Positions 1-12,798 of a DNA stretch of 64,000 bases are shown piece after piece (position 1 is the stretch's first letter; every line of letters starts with the position of its first letter). Location: the NCBI GenBank assembly GCA_051362555.1, contig CM120646.1:20708001-20772000 (forward strand), written 5' to 3'. Source of the stretch: Lingula anatina (taxonomy: Eukaryota > Animalia > Brachiopoda). The notes beneath the pieces were generated by a model, which made no database searches, was not told the origin of the DNA, and saw only the letters and a program-made list of their open reading frames with translations. Both the position numbers and the translations under genes were made by a program.

Positions 1-116
1 TCCCCATGCTAGCTGTAGAATCTATCGTAAACACAAGGTCCAATTCTTTTCTGCGGGTCGACATTGTCGTTTAAATGGATAAAATACCCACCTAAAATAA
101 TAATGAAATCATTTTA

Positions 117-2137
117 AACTAGAGCATCAGAGAGGCGATACCGCCTCCGAATATTGTACCACCAGCTGGGGTAAGCGCGATCGTATAGACCCTCACACAC
201 ACAAAAAAGGGACACCACCACCAGTCTTGTGCTTGACAAGCTGTAAAAAATGCAGTCAACAAGAATTCTCAAAATATGCAAAAAATATATATAACTAAAA
301 ATGGTACGATCAAAGTTCAGTTCATAGTTAGGTAGGTCAAAGGTCAATTTCAAGGTCACATTTAGATTGCCAGTATATGACTTCCTATTCAAATTTAATA
401 GTAACTATGGACCTATCTCTGCCAGTTTTGGAGATAAAAGGGAACCAAAATTTATAAACTTCAATTCATGATGAAAAGTAGGTCAAAGGTCAATTTCAAG
501 GTCACACTTAGATTGCCTCTAATGACTTCTATTCAAGTTCAATAGTTACTATGGGCGTATTTTTGCCAGTTTTGAAGATAAAAGGGAACCAAAATTTGCA
601 ATGTTAAGTTCATGGTAAAAAGTAGGTCAAAGGTCAATTTTAAGGTCACAGTAAATTGACTTGAATGACTTCCTATTCAAGTTCAATAGGTACTATGGAT
701 CTATCTCTGCTAGTTTTGGAGATAAAAGGGAAAAAAATTTGCAAAGTTCAATTCATTATGAAAAGTAGGTCAAAGGTCAATTTCAAGGTCACATTAAGAT
801 TGCCAGTATATGACGTCCTATTCAAGTTCAATAGTAACTATGGACCTATCTCTGCTAGTTTTGGAGATAAAAGGGAACTAAATTTGCATAGTTCAGTTCA
901 TGATTAAAAGTAGGTCAAAGGTCAATTTTAAGGTCACAGTAAATTGCCTCGTATGACTTTCTATTCAAGTTCAATAGTAACTATGGGCGTATCTCTGCCA
1001 GTTTTGAAAATAAAAGCATTAAAAAGTTGCAAAGTTCAGTTTATGGTGTAAAGTAGGTCAAAGGTCAATTTCAAGGTCACATTTAGATTGCCAGTATATG
1101 ATTTCCTATTCAACTTCAATAGTAACTGTGGACCTATCTCTGCCAGTTTTGGAGATATAAGGGACTAAATGTTATAATTTTGGAATTACAATAATGTGCC
1201 ATAAATTTCGTACAGAAAAAATTAATTAAAATAAAGAAAAGGTCCTTTTGGTTAAAATTCTTGAAATGGGAGGTGCTCTGAAGTTTCAGATGTTCAAATT
1301 TGATGAAATAATGTCATTTTTGACCACAAGTTGTCTGCCTCGCCAAGCCTTATGTTTTATTTTACCGGGGTTCAAAATTTATTATCCATTACCGTACTGC
1401 ACATTTTGCTTTCACCACCAATATGTACTTTTTGATACAGCGTAACTCCAAAACCGTATGGAATACAAAAAAAACGGAGACCACCTCCAGTGTTGGGCTT
1501 TACATGCTTTACAAAATGCAAAAAAGAATGGGTCTCTAGCATTAACGGTTCCCGAATTAGAGACAGTTTTCAGTTTCGGCATCTTATGGCCGCTACTCCC
1601 GTGAAAATGCACCGATTGACCCAAAATTCACGGAGATGAAAGATGACATAAAGGGTAACACTTTCCAATAATATTATTGGTTAAGTCTGTGTGTTGTCTG
1701 AAAAACAGCACAAATAATTTTTTTCGTAAAAAATTTCGTTTTTTGAAAATTTTGGCCCGTTTGACCTTGAAATAAAGGTCAAAGGTCTTATCCAAGAGCA
1801 TATTTGAAATCTACACATATGACTTGTGGAAAGCCGTCTGTAAAAATTTTTCCCATAATTCCTTCCGTAGGGTAGATAATTAGCATTTAATTTTGCCATT
1901 TTTGGACAAGGGTGCATTGCAATGAGTGCCACACCTAGACCCCAATACCGACAAAGCCCAAATTTTACGTGGAACGAGTTGAGATTATAGGTGACCTAAA
2001 TCCAAGAGATGGGTACGGAGGCCCTTACCGTGTATGAGGAGAAGTGGTAACGGTAACATGCCGGCGGAGCCGGCGGAACGATCCGGACGGGACTAAAACC
2101 ATGTGTACCGCCAGCGCCTACGCTGGTGGTACAATAA
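117..2137 (+). mobile_element. Non-autonomous Helentron/HINE-like element with internal satellite
   Basis: Starts AACTAGAG with hairpin GAGGCG-atac-CGCCTC. Subterminal IR ATTGTACCACCAGC (153-166) pairs with GCTGGTGGTACAAT (2122-2135). 3' hairpin at 2104-2133 is preceded by a CGG(A)-rich tract. Internal tandem array. The 5' end recurs reverse-complemented at ~27078-27203. Confidence 0.7.
312..1165 (+). repeat. ~145-bp tandem repeat, 6 units
   Basis: GTAGGTCAAAGGTCAATTT recurs at 332, 478, 622, 765, 910 and 1053 (period 143-146). Confidence 0.95.
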
Positions 2138-2180
2138 CAACCAATACATTACTTCCCATAGTACGGACGCTTTCAGTTAA

Positions 2181-2516
2181 AGGGATAATAACTCTTCGTT
2201 TTGGCCAAAAAATGAATTTTCCTGGAGTAAACAACAATTTTCCCGTACTTACCAATGATTAATGAATCCATTTTTACATTCAAAGTAAGTCCTTTGTTTT
2301 TTTCTTAAAAGTTTGTTTTTTTGTATAAATCTCTCAAGTGATTTTAACAGAGTATAGCCATCAATGGAGGTCACGTGGTCTAAGACAAGCTCAGATATCA
2401 AAATAATAGCTATAACTGCCGTTTTTGTGGTAAAACCGAATATATTATATTTCTACGAGTTATTCACAATGTTTTTATTGTGAAATATAGATTTCATACG
2501 AAGAGTTATTATCCCT
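2181..2516. mobile_element. Kolobok-type MITE
   Basis: Perfect 19-bp TIR AGGGATAATAACTCTTCGT, with TTAA on both sides (2177-2180, 2517-2520). AG termini plus TTAA TSD are the Kolobok pattern. Confidence 0.8.
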
Positions 2517-3930
2517 TTAAATTAAATGAATCTTTACCTGCTTAAGATTAAGATTATCACAACATAAAATTAAGCATATGATTGCATAAAGCAAAATTTT
2601 GGCCTTTGTATAACAAAGAGGCTTTTCATAGTCTCTAGATAAAATAAAATTCTCTTTACTTAGAGACTATAAGTAAAACACGACGTTTTGGTTCACCACT
2701 TATAGTCACGTTAATGGTGATTTCGTGCCTAAGTGAACAATATTTGATAAAATGTCTTTGTGGTTAGTAAAACACATAAATTATAAAAGCAAATAAATAT
2801 ACAATACGACATTTTTTTCTGATATAAGACCAAACGCAAAAAAGGGGTATTTGTTGCTCAGCGCTGCGTGCGTCATTTGGAACGTTGCGTATCAACCCTT
2901 TTTCAGTTTTTTGCCGAATAGAGTGCCTGGTCTTAAGCGCCAAGTCGACGACGGACCCCACAATTCAGCACTGCGGTTGGAGACCGGTAAAAACATGTAT
3001 TTTAAATGGAGTTTTCTTTCAACTCAAATAGTATAGTACACTTAGGAAACTTCACCAAGACATTCGGTCCCTTGGTGATACCCCATACTGTGCATGTATG
3101 TCAGCGGCAGGTAACAAATTTGATATGGGCCTTACTACATGAAATAAAAGAATCCAAAAACAATTTAAATAATTTACTAGTTTCCAAATACAGTGCATGC
3201 GCATACATGTACATTTGTATTTAAAGTGTGCAGCTACACGGAAGGAATTTAAAAGCTACCAGTATTATAGCCACCATGTCGGCGGAGATAAAACGGAATA
3301 TTATTACAATGAACTTATTGTTCAACTCTCATCCACCTTGTGTTTGGTTAAAGTGGGGCATTTAATAACCGAAACTTGTGAACGGTAATTAGTGCTTGTG
3401 GACGGTAGTGAACGGTTGTGGTCGGTTGTGCTCGGTTGTGCACGGTAATTAATTTCAATCATCTAACATTCGGGCACAGCTGTGCTTACATTATTTTATG
3501 GTTTCTCACATTTTAAGTGCTCATAAGTTAACATCTTATTCTTTATTTTATCTAGACTGAATGTAATTGAAGAAAAAAGAAAAAAATATATATAAAATAC
3601 CAGACTAATGGTAAGTGTCAAAATAGCTTGGTTAATATATTGCTGATCGAAAAATCTCTTCTAATGGAAATATGCCGGTGATAATCAATGTTCGTTTGTA
3701 TCTGTGCAACATCCGAGTAGTTCCACATTATCTTAGAAACGGTTATCAAAGACTGCTATGATGGATCAACAACAGCTGCAGGACATAATGTAGTAATTAT
3801 ATGACAAAATCTCTCAGACAATAGAAAGTTAACAGTCCTGTCACTTTTTACCTAATGTAGTAAGTACAGGGATCACATATCTTATCTTTCAAAGTTGTCA
3901 TCATTGTGTTACATCAATGTGCAAACCAAG

Positions 3931-4892
3931 TCAACGGCACTTGGGCAAAACAAATTCATCTATTGCAGTTTTGATTGGACCATAATTGTCGGAATTGCCA
4001 GAAGTTTGATAACCGCTTTCAAATATTGTCCACTGGTCTTGAAAACGGTAAACACAGCACACCACCACAGCTTGGCCACTCGATGACTCGGACAAAGACT
4101 TGCGACAGAGATCCTGAAAGATATCCCTTGCATCAACCACTTTGAAGCTTGGACAAAGCTTAGGAGTGATGAAATTCGAAATTAACTTCGAGTCCCAAGC
4201 GCTAAGGGTGAAAACCAAATGGGTAACCTCTGGCGGTAGATCCTTCAGTCGTACTTCAATCCTATGCTGCCCAACTCTCCTGACTCGGTCGAATTCATCC
4301 CCTGTATGGACTACCGCGTCGCCGACTTTGGCACTTTTTTCATTCACGTAATCGATCACGTCCATGTAGCCACCTTTTTCATAAATGAAGCAGCTTGCGT
4401 CTAAGAAGTCACACCGGATCTGTGGAGGGACACCCCAGTAGAGATCAAATATCACGTGGTCCGCGTCGTCTGGGATAGCAAAAAGGGCCATTAAGAGATA
4501 GATGGTGGAACCGGGAGTCACGCCGAAGGTGGAGAGTTTGGCAACGACGCCTTCTTTTTTAAGCTGAAAGAAGAAAATGTATCATTTGCTATTAATTTGC
4601 AACATTTGCATGAAATAGATAATGTAATGCAAATTAAAGCAGAACAAAAACGTAAGAGCAGACATATAGAACTTACCTTAAGCTAGGTCCCCTTGTACAG
4701 CAGGCGTTGTTTGTTCCTGTTATAGCAGTGCTTGTTGTGCAATATTTCCTTTAGCATGAGCACAGTCATGTCGGGATCAAATTTAACCTTGGCTCGGTCT
4801 CCGTTCAGCATCGCTATGTGAATGTCCTCTCCTTTCACACCGCTTATTTCATAATTATCAGAAATGACTTCGTCTTTTCATAAATGTAACAT
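3931..4892 (-). pseudogene. Ubiquitin-like + TerD domain fusion gene, 2 exons (4892-4677, 4563-3931), with in-frame stops in exon 1
   Basis: Phase-0 GT-AG intron 4564-4676 (donor GTAAGT, acceptor TTTCAG). Spliced translation IHIAMLNGDRAKVKFDPDMTVLMLKEILHNKHCYNRNKQRLLYKGT*LK|LKKEGVVAKLSTFGVTPGSTIYLLM aligns by eye to ubiquitin. It is followed by TerD motifs W..DFLDASCF..VVHTGD..IEVRLKDLPPEVTHLVFTLSAW. TGA at 4878-4880 and TAG at 4683-4685. Confidence 0.8.
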
Positions 4893-6069
4893 TGAAGCCA
4901 CAACAACAACAACCACAAAATGACGTGCAATGGAATGTTTCTCTACACTATACCTTCAAGCAATGGACAGCCGGATGTTCGCGCGTTTTTCTTATTGTGT
5001 CTCTCGGGAATTCGCGCGAGAGTTTGTCTTTTTTACAACCAAAACACCGCATGTTGCTGTCTGCCTTAGTGGTAAACTGCAAACAGGTAAACGATCCTTT
5101 TCAGTTTCTAGTTGATTGACAACTGCGTCATTCTCCCAGTACTAGTCAAACTTAATTCTTATACCACATTGTTCGTTAAACCGAGATATACATAATGTAT
5201 AGCGATTAGCGGTGCAGTAAAATATGAGAGAGAGAGAGAGAGTTAATTTGTCAAAAATTACAAACACAATGCACTATCGGATAAGTTGGCCCATTGCCTC
5301 TCTATGCAGGGTATTTTACATGTACTGCAGAACTGCCTTTTTTAAGATAAATCTGATATAAATTAATATACTTTATTCACTTAATGGTTTTTGTATCGTT
5401 ATCGGTGCACGGGCTCCTTTTTCACGGTTTTTGATATATAAACATATTATTTTAGTACAGTTGGAATATGTTAAAGGCAAACAAAAGGAGTTCTAGCGCA
5501 TGGGATTTCGTGATGGTGTAATCCCAACAATGGACTTGCCAAGCGTCTCCGATTGATACGATTACACGTACAGTGGTATTTGTAATTATGTTTCCGTTTT
5601 ATACTGGTTTAAAACCGTATGAAATGTTTTAATCCCTATCCTGTGAACAGAAAGGGGTGGGCAAACAATGGACAGTCGTATAAGTCTCTTCAAAATTCAA
5701 ACGGAATAACAGAATACCATAGACGAGTGAACCCCATGACGCCGGTATCTGTGGTCCTGCGCAAGCGCGACAATCCGCTGTAACTAGGTGTAATATTAAC
5801 AGCAGGATACATCAGCCAGAAGATCCACATTGTTTGTTGCGGTGATAGGATTATAGCTTTAAGAGGCTAGAACCCATGCTACCGCGTGCCACTAAACTGT
5901 CTCCCGTAGCGAACTGTCCTTTTCACTGGCTTGACACGCGCAGCTGATCATGTTTAAGTGCTGCTAGCAAACATTAGTTTAATTTGGTATCAGTCATTTC
6001 ATTCAATATGAATTGCCCCGTAGTCAGAATTGAACTAAGTATTGTTTGTTTGATTAACATGCATTTTTG

Positions 6070-8440
6070 GAAGCAATTTGTCTCATAACTATGACAAAGC
6101 GTTTTTCCCCTCGTTTTTGCTTAAAATGAACGTTGGTTTGTCGAGGCTTAGGCTGCGTTCACATGAAAAATCTATTTTCTTAAAATCTAAAAATCTATTT
6201 GCGGTAACTTGTGATCACGGTCTGTGCCCTGAATACCCCAAGGCGTAATTACGGGCAGCGCGAGCCAGTTTCTTTCAAAGCTGTAATTAATTCTCGACAT
6301 GACGTTTCTCCACGGCAGCCGGACACACAGTAATTGTAAACGCATGGTTATAGCTTGTTTGAGAAATGATAACAATCGCGAGCTATAGTAAGACCCCCCC
6401 TTTAAGCGAGGTCTTTGACTGTTAATTCAATAGTGTACTTTCATATAGTGTAATCACACAGTCAGACTCCCCCCAGTAGCACGTTGGAGTTGGATTGTCC
6501 TTGCGCCTCTACTAGAAATTTTCTCTTATTTTGTTGTTTATATAAACATTTTCATTTATTTTTTAATATTTTCATCTCATTACCCATTGTGCGCTCTGAA
6601 AAACTGGGGATATTCTCCTCAGCACAATGATTTATTTTTAAAAACAATTTGTCTCATAACTATGACAGGGCGGTTTTTATCTCGTTGTTGTTTAAAAATG
6701 AAAGTTATATTTTGTCGAGGCTTAATGCTTAGCTCTTATCGCGTGTTATGTATGTACACCTTAACGATGAGATGTTGTTTTTATACTTGACTGTTATTGC
6801 CCGGTACTGCACGTACGCTTTCTTACCACAGTGATCTAAAACAGGTCGTTACTGTATGCAAATGCAGCAAAGTCTTTTTGACGTGACGTTTCTGCGCGGC
6901 AGCCGGACACACAGTAATTGTAAACGCATGGTTATAGCTTGTTTGAGAAATGAGAACAATTGCGTTTAACACTAGGTTTTTAGCTATAGTAAGACCCCCC
7001 TCCTCTTAAACCGATATCTTACACTGTTCATTGACCGTACTTTCATATAATGTAATCACACTGTCACACTTCTCCCGTTGCACGTTGGAGGTGAATTGTC
7101 CTTACGCCTCTACTAGATATTTTCTTTTATTCTGTTGTTTATATAAACCTTTTCATTCTTTTAAAATATTTTCATCTCACTACCCATTGTGTGCTCTGAG
7201 AAAAGGGAATTTTCCCCACAGCATAATAATTTATTGTTTAAGCAATTTGTCTTATAACTATGACAGGGCGTTTTTTCTCGATGTTGTTTAAAAATGAACG
7301 TTATAATTTGTGGAGGCTTAATGTTTAACTCTCATCATGTTTTATATATGTACACCTAAACAATAACATGTCAATTCTATACTTGACTGTTATTGACCGG
7401 GTGTCCCACGTGTGCTTTCTTACTAGAGTGATCTGAAACAGGTCGCTAGTTTATGTAAATGTAGAAAAATCTGTTCGACGTGACGTTTCTCCATGGCAGC
7501 CGGACACACATAATTGTAAACACATGCTTTTAGCTTACCCTCTACCAGGGCGTCAGATTGATTTTCCACAGATATTCACAGATATGTCTCTAGATAAAAA
7601 GACGGTCAATTTGGTCTGATGTCACCCTGTACTGAAATCTCAAGGATGATTACATGGCTTGTAATCTTTTGCACACGGTCACTTAGCAAGTCCCTGCCAA
7701 GTCCCCTTGACAGTAATCAAGATAGTTAATTGCTCACCTGTGACAATAAAACAGCCCTTTAGCAGACAGACAAGACAAGGCAGGTTGCGTAACAAGCGTT
7801 AATTACATTGGCGCGAAGCCCAGCTCTCACTGAGCTCCTGCAGGGCGAGTACAAAGCCTTCTGCGCGCGGGCAGAGTTAATTGTTTCCTCCTGGCCTAAC
7901 GTAACAGGGTCGCCTCAGCAAATATGTCCACACTGCCAAATATTTTCTCTTATTCTGTTGTTTATGAAACCTTTTCATTTATATTGAATATTTTCATCTC
8001 ATTACACATAAGGCGCTCTGAGAAACTGGGGATTTTCCCCACAGCATAATGATTTATTTTTTAAGCAATTTGTCTCATAACTATGTGAGGGCGTTTTTTT
8101 CTCGTTGTTGTTTAAAAAGGAACGTTATATTGTGTCGAGGCTTAATGTTTAACTCTTATCGCGTTCTATGTATGTGCATCTAAACGATAAATGTCGATTT
8201 TATACTAGACCGTTAGTGTCCGGGTGTCGCACGTGTGCTTAATTACTTGAGTGATTTAAAACAAGTCGCTACTGTATGTAACTGTAGAAAAATCTGTTCG
8301 ACATGACGTTTCTGCACGGCAGCCGGACACACAGTAGTTGTATAGGCATGGTTTAAGCTTGTTCAAGAGATGATAGCAATCGCGGTAAACTCTAGGCTTT
8401 TAGCTATAGTAAGACCCCCCTCCTCTTTAACCGATGTCAA
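6070..8440 (+). repeat. ~570-600-bp tandem module inside the subfamily B element
   Basis: CAATTTGTCT(C/T)ATAACTATG recurs at ~6074, 6645, 7242 and 8066. GCTATAGTAAGACCCCCC recurs at ~6382, 6983 and 8403. Interrupted by an unrelated insert at ~7540-7940. Confidence 0.8.
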
Positions 8441-8618
8441 AGGCACCGTTCACATGAAAAATCTAAAAATCTATTTGCGGTATCTTGTGATCGCGGTCTG
8501 TGCCTTGAATACCCCGCGGCGTAATTACTGGCAGCGCCGAGAATTAGTTACAGCTTTGGAAGAAACTGGCTTGCGCTGCCCGTAATTACGCCGTGGATTT
8601 TTAACACAGCAAAAGAAA

Positions 8619-8631
8619 TGTGTGTGTGTGT

Positions 8632-8662
<31 letters not shown>

Positions 8663-8668
8663 GGGGGG
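8619..8668. repeat. (TG)n microsatellite followed by poly-G
   Basis: Directly visible. Confidence 0.95.
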
Positions 8669-10113
8669 CTACCACATCAAAAGGATTTTTTTAAAGGAAT
8701 TGCCTAATAGGTTGCAGTGTTATTTGAACCAAACGATTTCCTGATACATTGATGTCTATTCCACAAAATAGTGTAGTTTAATTCATCAATAAGTTTGTAT
8801 TTAAGGTAATCCCTCCTGTAACTGCCTTGTACCGATTATAATGGCACACCTTGATGCGAAACAGTCTATCGTTTCTTCCACCTTGGGTCCCTTAAATTAA
8901 AGTACCATATTTCATTTGACACTTTCTCTGTTTCTGTCCCTTCCACTTTCTCTTGTCAAAAGGAGGGGAAATAATTTCAAAAGCGCCCAAAATCTACATC
9001 ACCAATATTCAGAAAATAAATGAATCGACGAGCCAGTGGTCCACAAAGTCCGACACAGCAAATTAAATAAAATTTAACTGCAGTTAGCTACTGTCTCTAA
9101 AGATATTCCCCGCTGCGCGCTCGAAGCTTTAAATATACACAAACGTATTACTAGGGCTGTACATGTACGGTGTTTTTATAAAATTTCGCTGCGTTTAAAC
9201 ATAACAAGAGGAAAAAAGGGTAACATCATCTGGCTCTGAATATAAGTGATATACAATACGAGTCGCCGAGCTGTACGTGAATTATTACGAGTGTATTGGC
9301 GAGCAGCAATATATATATAATGATAAGTACACGTCTATTAGAAACGAGTGAACATGTTTTAATTCTATTTTATTTTACGTGTCTATATTTATTTGACTGC
9401 ACTTAAATTTGCCTACGGAATTTCTTCTTTTGCCTTAATGCACAGCCTGAGTTTCGGAGTACACGAGCATTTAGTTCTCCACTATCTTGGATGGGCGGGA
9501 CTGATGGTAGATAAGCGAGTACCCAGTGTCGCTTGAAACTCAGGGTGTCACAAGGGCACTTCCAAGAAATCAAGATACTGATGTTGTATTAGGCACGCGC
9601 TCCTCACATGACTCAAACGCGATGCTGATTGGCTAGCATCGGCGTTTTAGTCAAGTGGGCCTTGATCGATGCGGCATTTGGGCTGGGTAGGACGAGCAAG
9701 CAGCAAGAGCCAGGTAGGATGGTCGTGCAGCTTTAAAGTCGAAGGTAGGTACCAGTTAAGTCATTATCACAAGAAGTGATGTTCTGTTCTAGTATGACTT
9801 TTATATGAAACCGAAATAAAGGGACCTGTAAGGAAAATAATATTAATATTTTCTATCCGTGTTGTATGGTCATAGTATTCTTTTTGCTTAGTGTTTCCCA
9901 TGGATACAACTAAACATATGACAGAAGTACATATTTGGCTCGCACTGTTGTTTTTACAATTGATGTGAAAAAAGTGATTGTATCCGTACGCGTCTAATTA
10001 TAAATCAGCCGACGTTTTTACTGACTGCAGAGATGTTAGCAATATATTATTAAATTAAATTATATTAAGGGTGCCTTTATCCACGTTTGCTACATCCTAA
10101 TATAATCATTTAA

Positions 10114-12794
10114 AGGACATCCGACAAACCGTCAGAATGGCCTGAACGGAACATATTCTTCAGAAAACATGCCCAACTAACGATATCTTTATCCAAATAC
10201 ACAAATTTAAAGCTCATTTTGTAAATTTTGGACTTTAAAAAACGTCCTAATTGCTCCGCCTGGGAGTTAATGAGCTACGTGGTCACGTGGTCCGATGACG
10301 ACAATCGTGCCACCGGCGGAGCTGTCAAACTCTGCTGCATTGTCTACCTGTAAGATGACTTTTCTGGCTTCTGATAAAAGTTTATACTCATTCAAATCTC
10401 TAACCCGAGGAGTGTAAATCCTCGTGAAGCTGTGTAATACCATTTCCCGTCTATTCAATTCTTTAACAAGTATTTAATTATGCTTATCCCAAGTTGTATA
10501 AAACGTACTGTTTATTATTCCATATGAGGTCCATGTTATTTGCGAAATTCAATTTATTTTAGTAAACCGCTGACACCCCGTCTTGCATACTTTTATTTAA
10601 CAGAGGTAAACAGTGCCTGTTACATTTACAAGTCCTATCTTAATCATTCCTCTAACTGGAACTTCCTTTACCTCTTAATTAAAGGGTTAAATGGCATTCA
10701 ATTCTCCTCTAGCCTTTGACTTGCGAGTATGGAACGCACTCTTGCTGGCGATATTTATCCCAGGTAAAAATCTACCTGTGCGTTAGTTTCAAAGAGCAGC
10801 TCCCGCAGACCTGAGGGTACTAGATAAAATCTGAACACCAGGTTTATTGAGGAGCTAGAGAAACAAAGGAAGAATTTTTCCTGCAGAGCTTCATAGGAAT
10901 TTTAACACGGACTTGATCCAGCTTAGACCTCCAAACTAACAGGGTAACATGGGCAATTTTCACAAACAAATAATAAAACTATATTTCAGTTAGCCTCCTT
11001 TTAGATAAATATACCGTTATGGGTAAATTAGAATATTTATTAAATCGCGAGCATATTTTTTAACTTAAATGATGATTTTATTATTAATGGTAATTAATTA
11101 AGCTACTATATGTGGTTCATTTGCTGTGATTACGCTGCCCTTCGTGTTTTGCGTTAGTCTACATTTTGCTGTACGTGCTCGGAATTTTTTAAAATCTGTG
11201 CGTACAATTTTTGCAGGTCTGGTTACGCCCCTATTATGTGATGAAAGTCTCAATTTGGCAATTAGTTCCTTTGCTCATTTAGTAGAATTGCAGTGTAAAA
11301 TTTTCGTGAAAACTTAATGACAAGCCAAGCGTCTCAAGTTCATTCCGTACCCAATTTTTACCCAAGCAATTTTTTTCTTGAGTAGGTCATTATAGCACGC
11401 TGTTATAATACAATTTTTCGAAGAGGGATTTAAATCAATATTAAAAAAGTGTAGCTTCATGCTTAAAAGAATTGAGTATCTAGCGCTTTTCATAATATAC
11501 CAAGTGATGTACAATGAACTAAGTAATCAGTGTGCTATTTTTTACACCCAACATTCTTTTAAAAAATCCGTATGTGCCTTTCTTATATCCCTTACCAGGT
11601 TAAATCTCCATGCATAATTTAAAATATACTCGATAGTTATAACGTACGTAAAACTGCACATTTATTAAACGCATGAAAGTAATGATTTTTTACATGTTTC
11701 TAGTAGCAAACAATGCTCTTTTAACTTGATCTGCTACATTTTTTTGGGGTTTGACAAAGCTTACAAATTTGCAAAAAGTTTTGCATACAGACGCAGAACT
11801 TGTTTTTCAAGTTATAAAATGATAAATCTTTTAAATTATTTTATATGTCAGATGAAATAACCTTCAGAAACAAATCCTTAAAGCATAAACGAGTTAGGAT
11901 CACGAACCATTTTATTACAGCTGTTTCCCTTTTTTTCATTAATATACCCCTCTTTTTTCTGTTTTTCCTCAACACGTTTTCTTCCACGGAAGTAATACCT
12001 GGGCATACGCATGTTTCAAGATACCCTGAGAGCAATTACTTTTATTAATGTTCGCGACCGTGTTTGAACTCAATTGTTAAAAATATTGATATTTAATGTC
12101 ATTTACAAATACCAATAATATAACCCCATGAGATATATTGAAAAATATGAAAGCCCACCAAGACGAGTTTGATACTTGTTATTACCTGGCTTGGGAAGTG
12201 CAGCGGTGCATAATTAATAGGTTTTATTGTTAACGAGCTCTTGGTCAACTACATTGCATTTAAAATACATCAGCAATTAGTAAGCTTGCCAACTGATGAC
12301 AGTTAATCTGAAAGAATATCAGCTTTTGATATGATCTAAACCACCTGAGGTGAACATGATCTCATCGCATCGCAACTATTGTCACCGAAGTTTCTAAGTC
12401 AAGGAAGACCGTCACAGACAAAGAAAAGATTGTGATCGAGTGCTGCAATTTTGGTGAATCCCACGGCAACACACTGAGGCATAACGAAAATTGCTCAACT
12501 CCGTTTAACACAACTTTCCTAAACTTCTCTGTCTGTATGCACTTGCATCTCAGTTGAGTCTTATAAATATATGTAGACCTTTATCCTCATTGTCGTCACA
12601 GTACCACGTGACCCAGATCTGTTGCTTCATTTCTGCATATTGAGGTGAGGTTTACTAAAACGCTTTTTGTCGACTTATAGATTGTTTTTATAATTTTTAA
12701 ATGGCGGGGATCGATTAAAGCATACCTCTAGTGTATAGATTGAGTGCTGAATCTTCAGAATTCGAGAAATGGATTTTTATGTGTCTAATGTTCT
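10114..12794 (+). mobile_element. Kolobok-type DNA transposon, decayed, copy 1
   Basis: TTAA|AGGACAT...AATGTTCT|TTAA. Colinear with 12799-15266 and with 35429-38210 (reverse). THAP-like start MPQCVAVG on the minus strand at 12482. Confidence 0.7.
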
Positions 12795-12798
12795 TTAA

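Larger units (their letters stand above)
5571..9159 (+). mobile_element. Large non-autonomous CAGT-ended DNA element, subfamily B copy 1
   Basis: TA|CAGTGG start shared with 15721, 49837, 50811 and 47420 (reverse). Ends CTAGGGCTG|TA. Internal ~570-600-bp tandem units. 8690-9130 is the reverse complement of ~40320-40800. Confidence 0.75.

Noticed and set aside
3931-4563. TerD as bacterial contamination or very recent transfer
   Set aside because: The gene has a spliceosomal intron and a ubiquitin-like exon and sits among animal transposons.
4683-4880. Selenocysteine or programmed readthrough at the stops
   Set aside because: One stop is TAG at a position where Glu/Gln is expected, and no SECIS-like structure was recognised. 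Nonsense mutation is simpler.
6150-8600. Apparent invertible segment between two copies of a small hairpin element (6150-6300, 8440-8600)
   Set aside because: Explained by opposite orientations of a palindromic MITE; there is no evidence of a recombinase switch.
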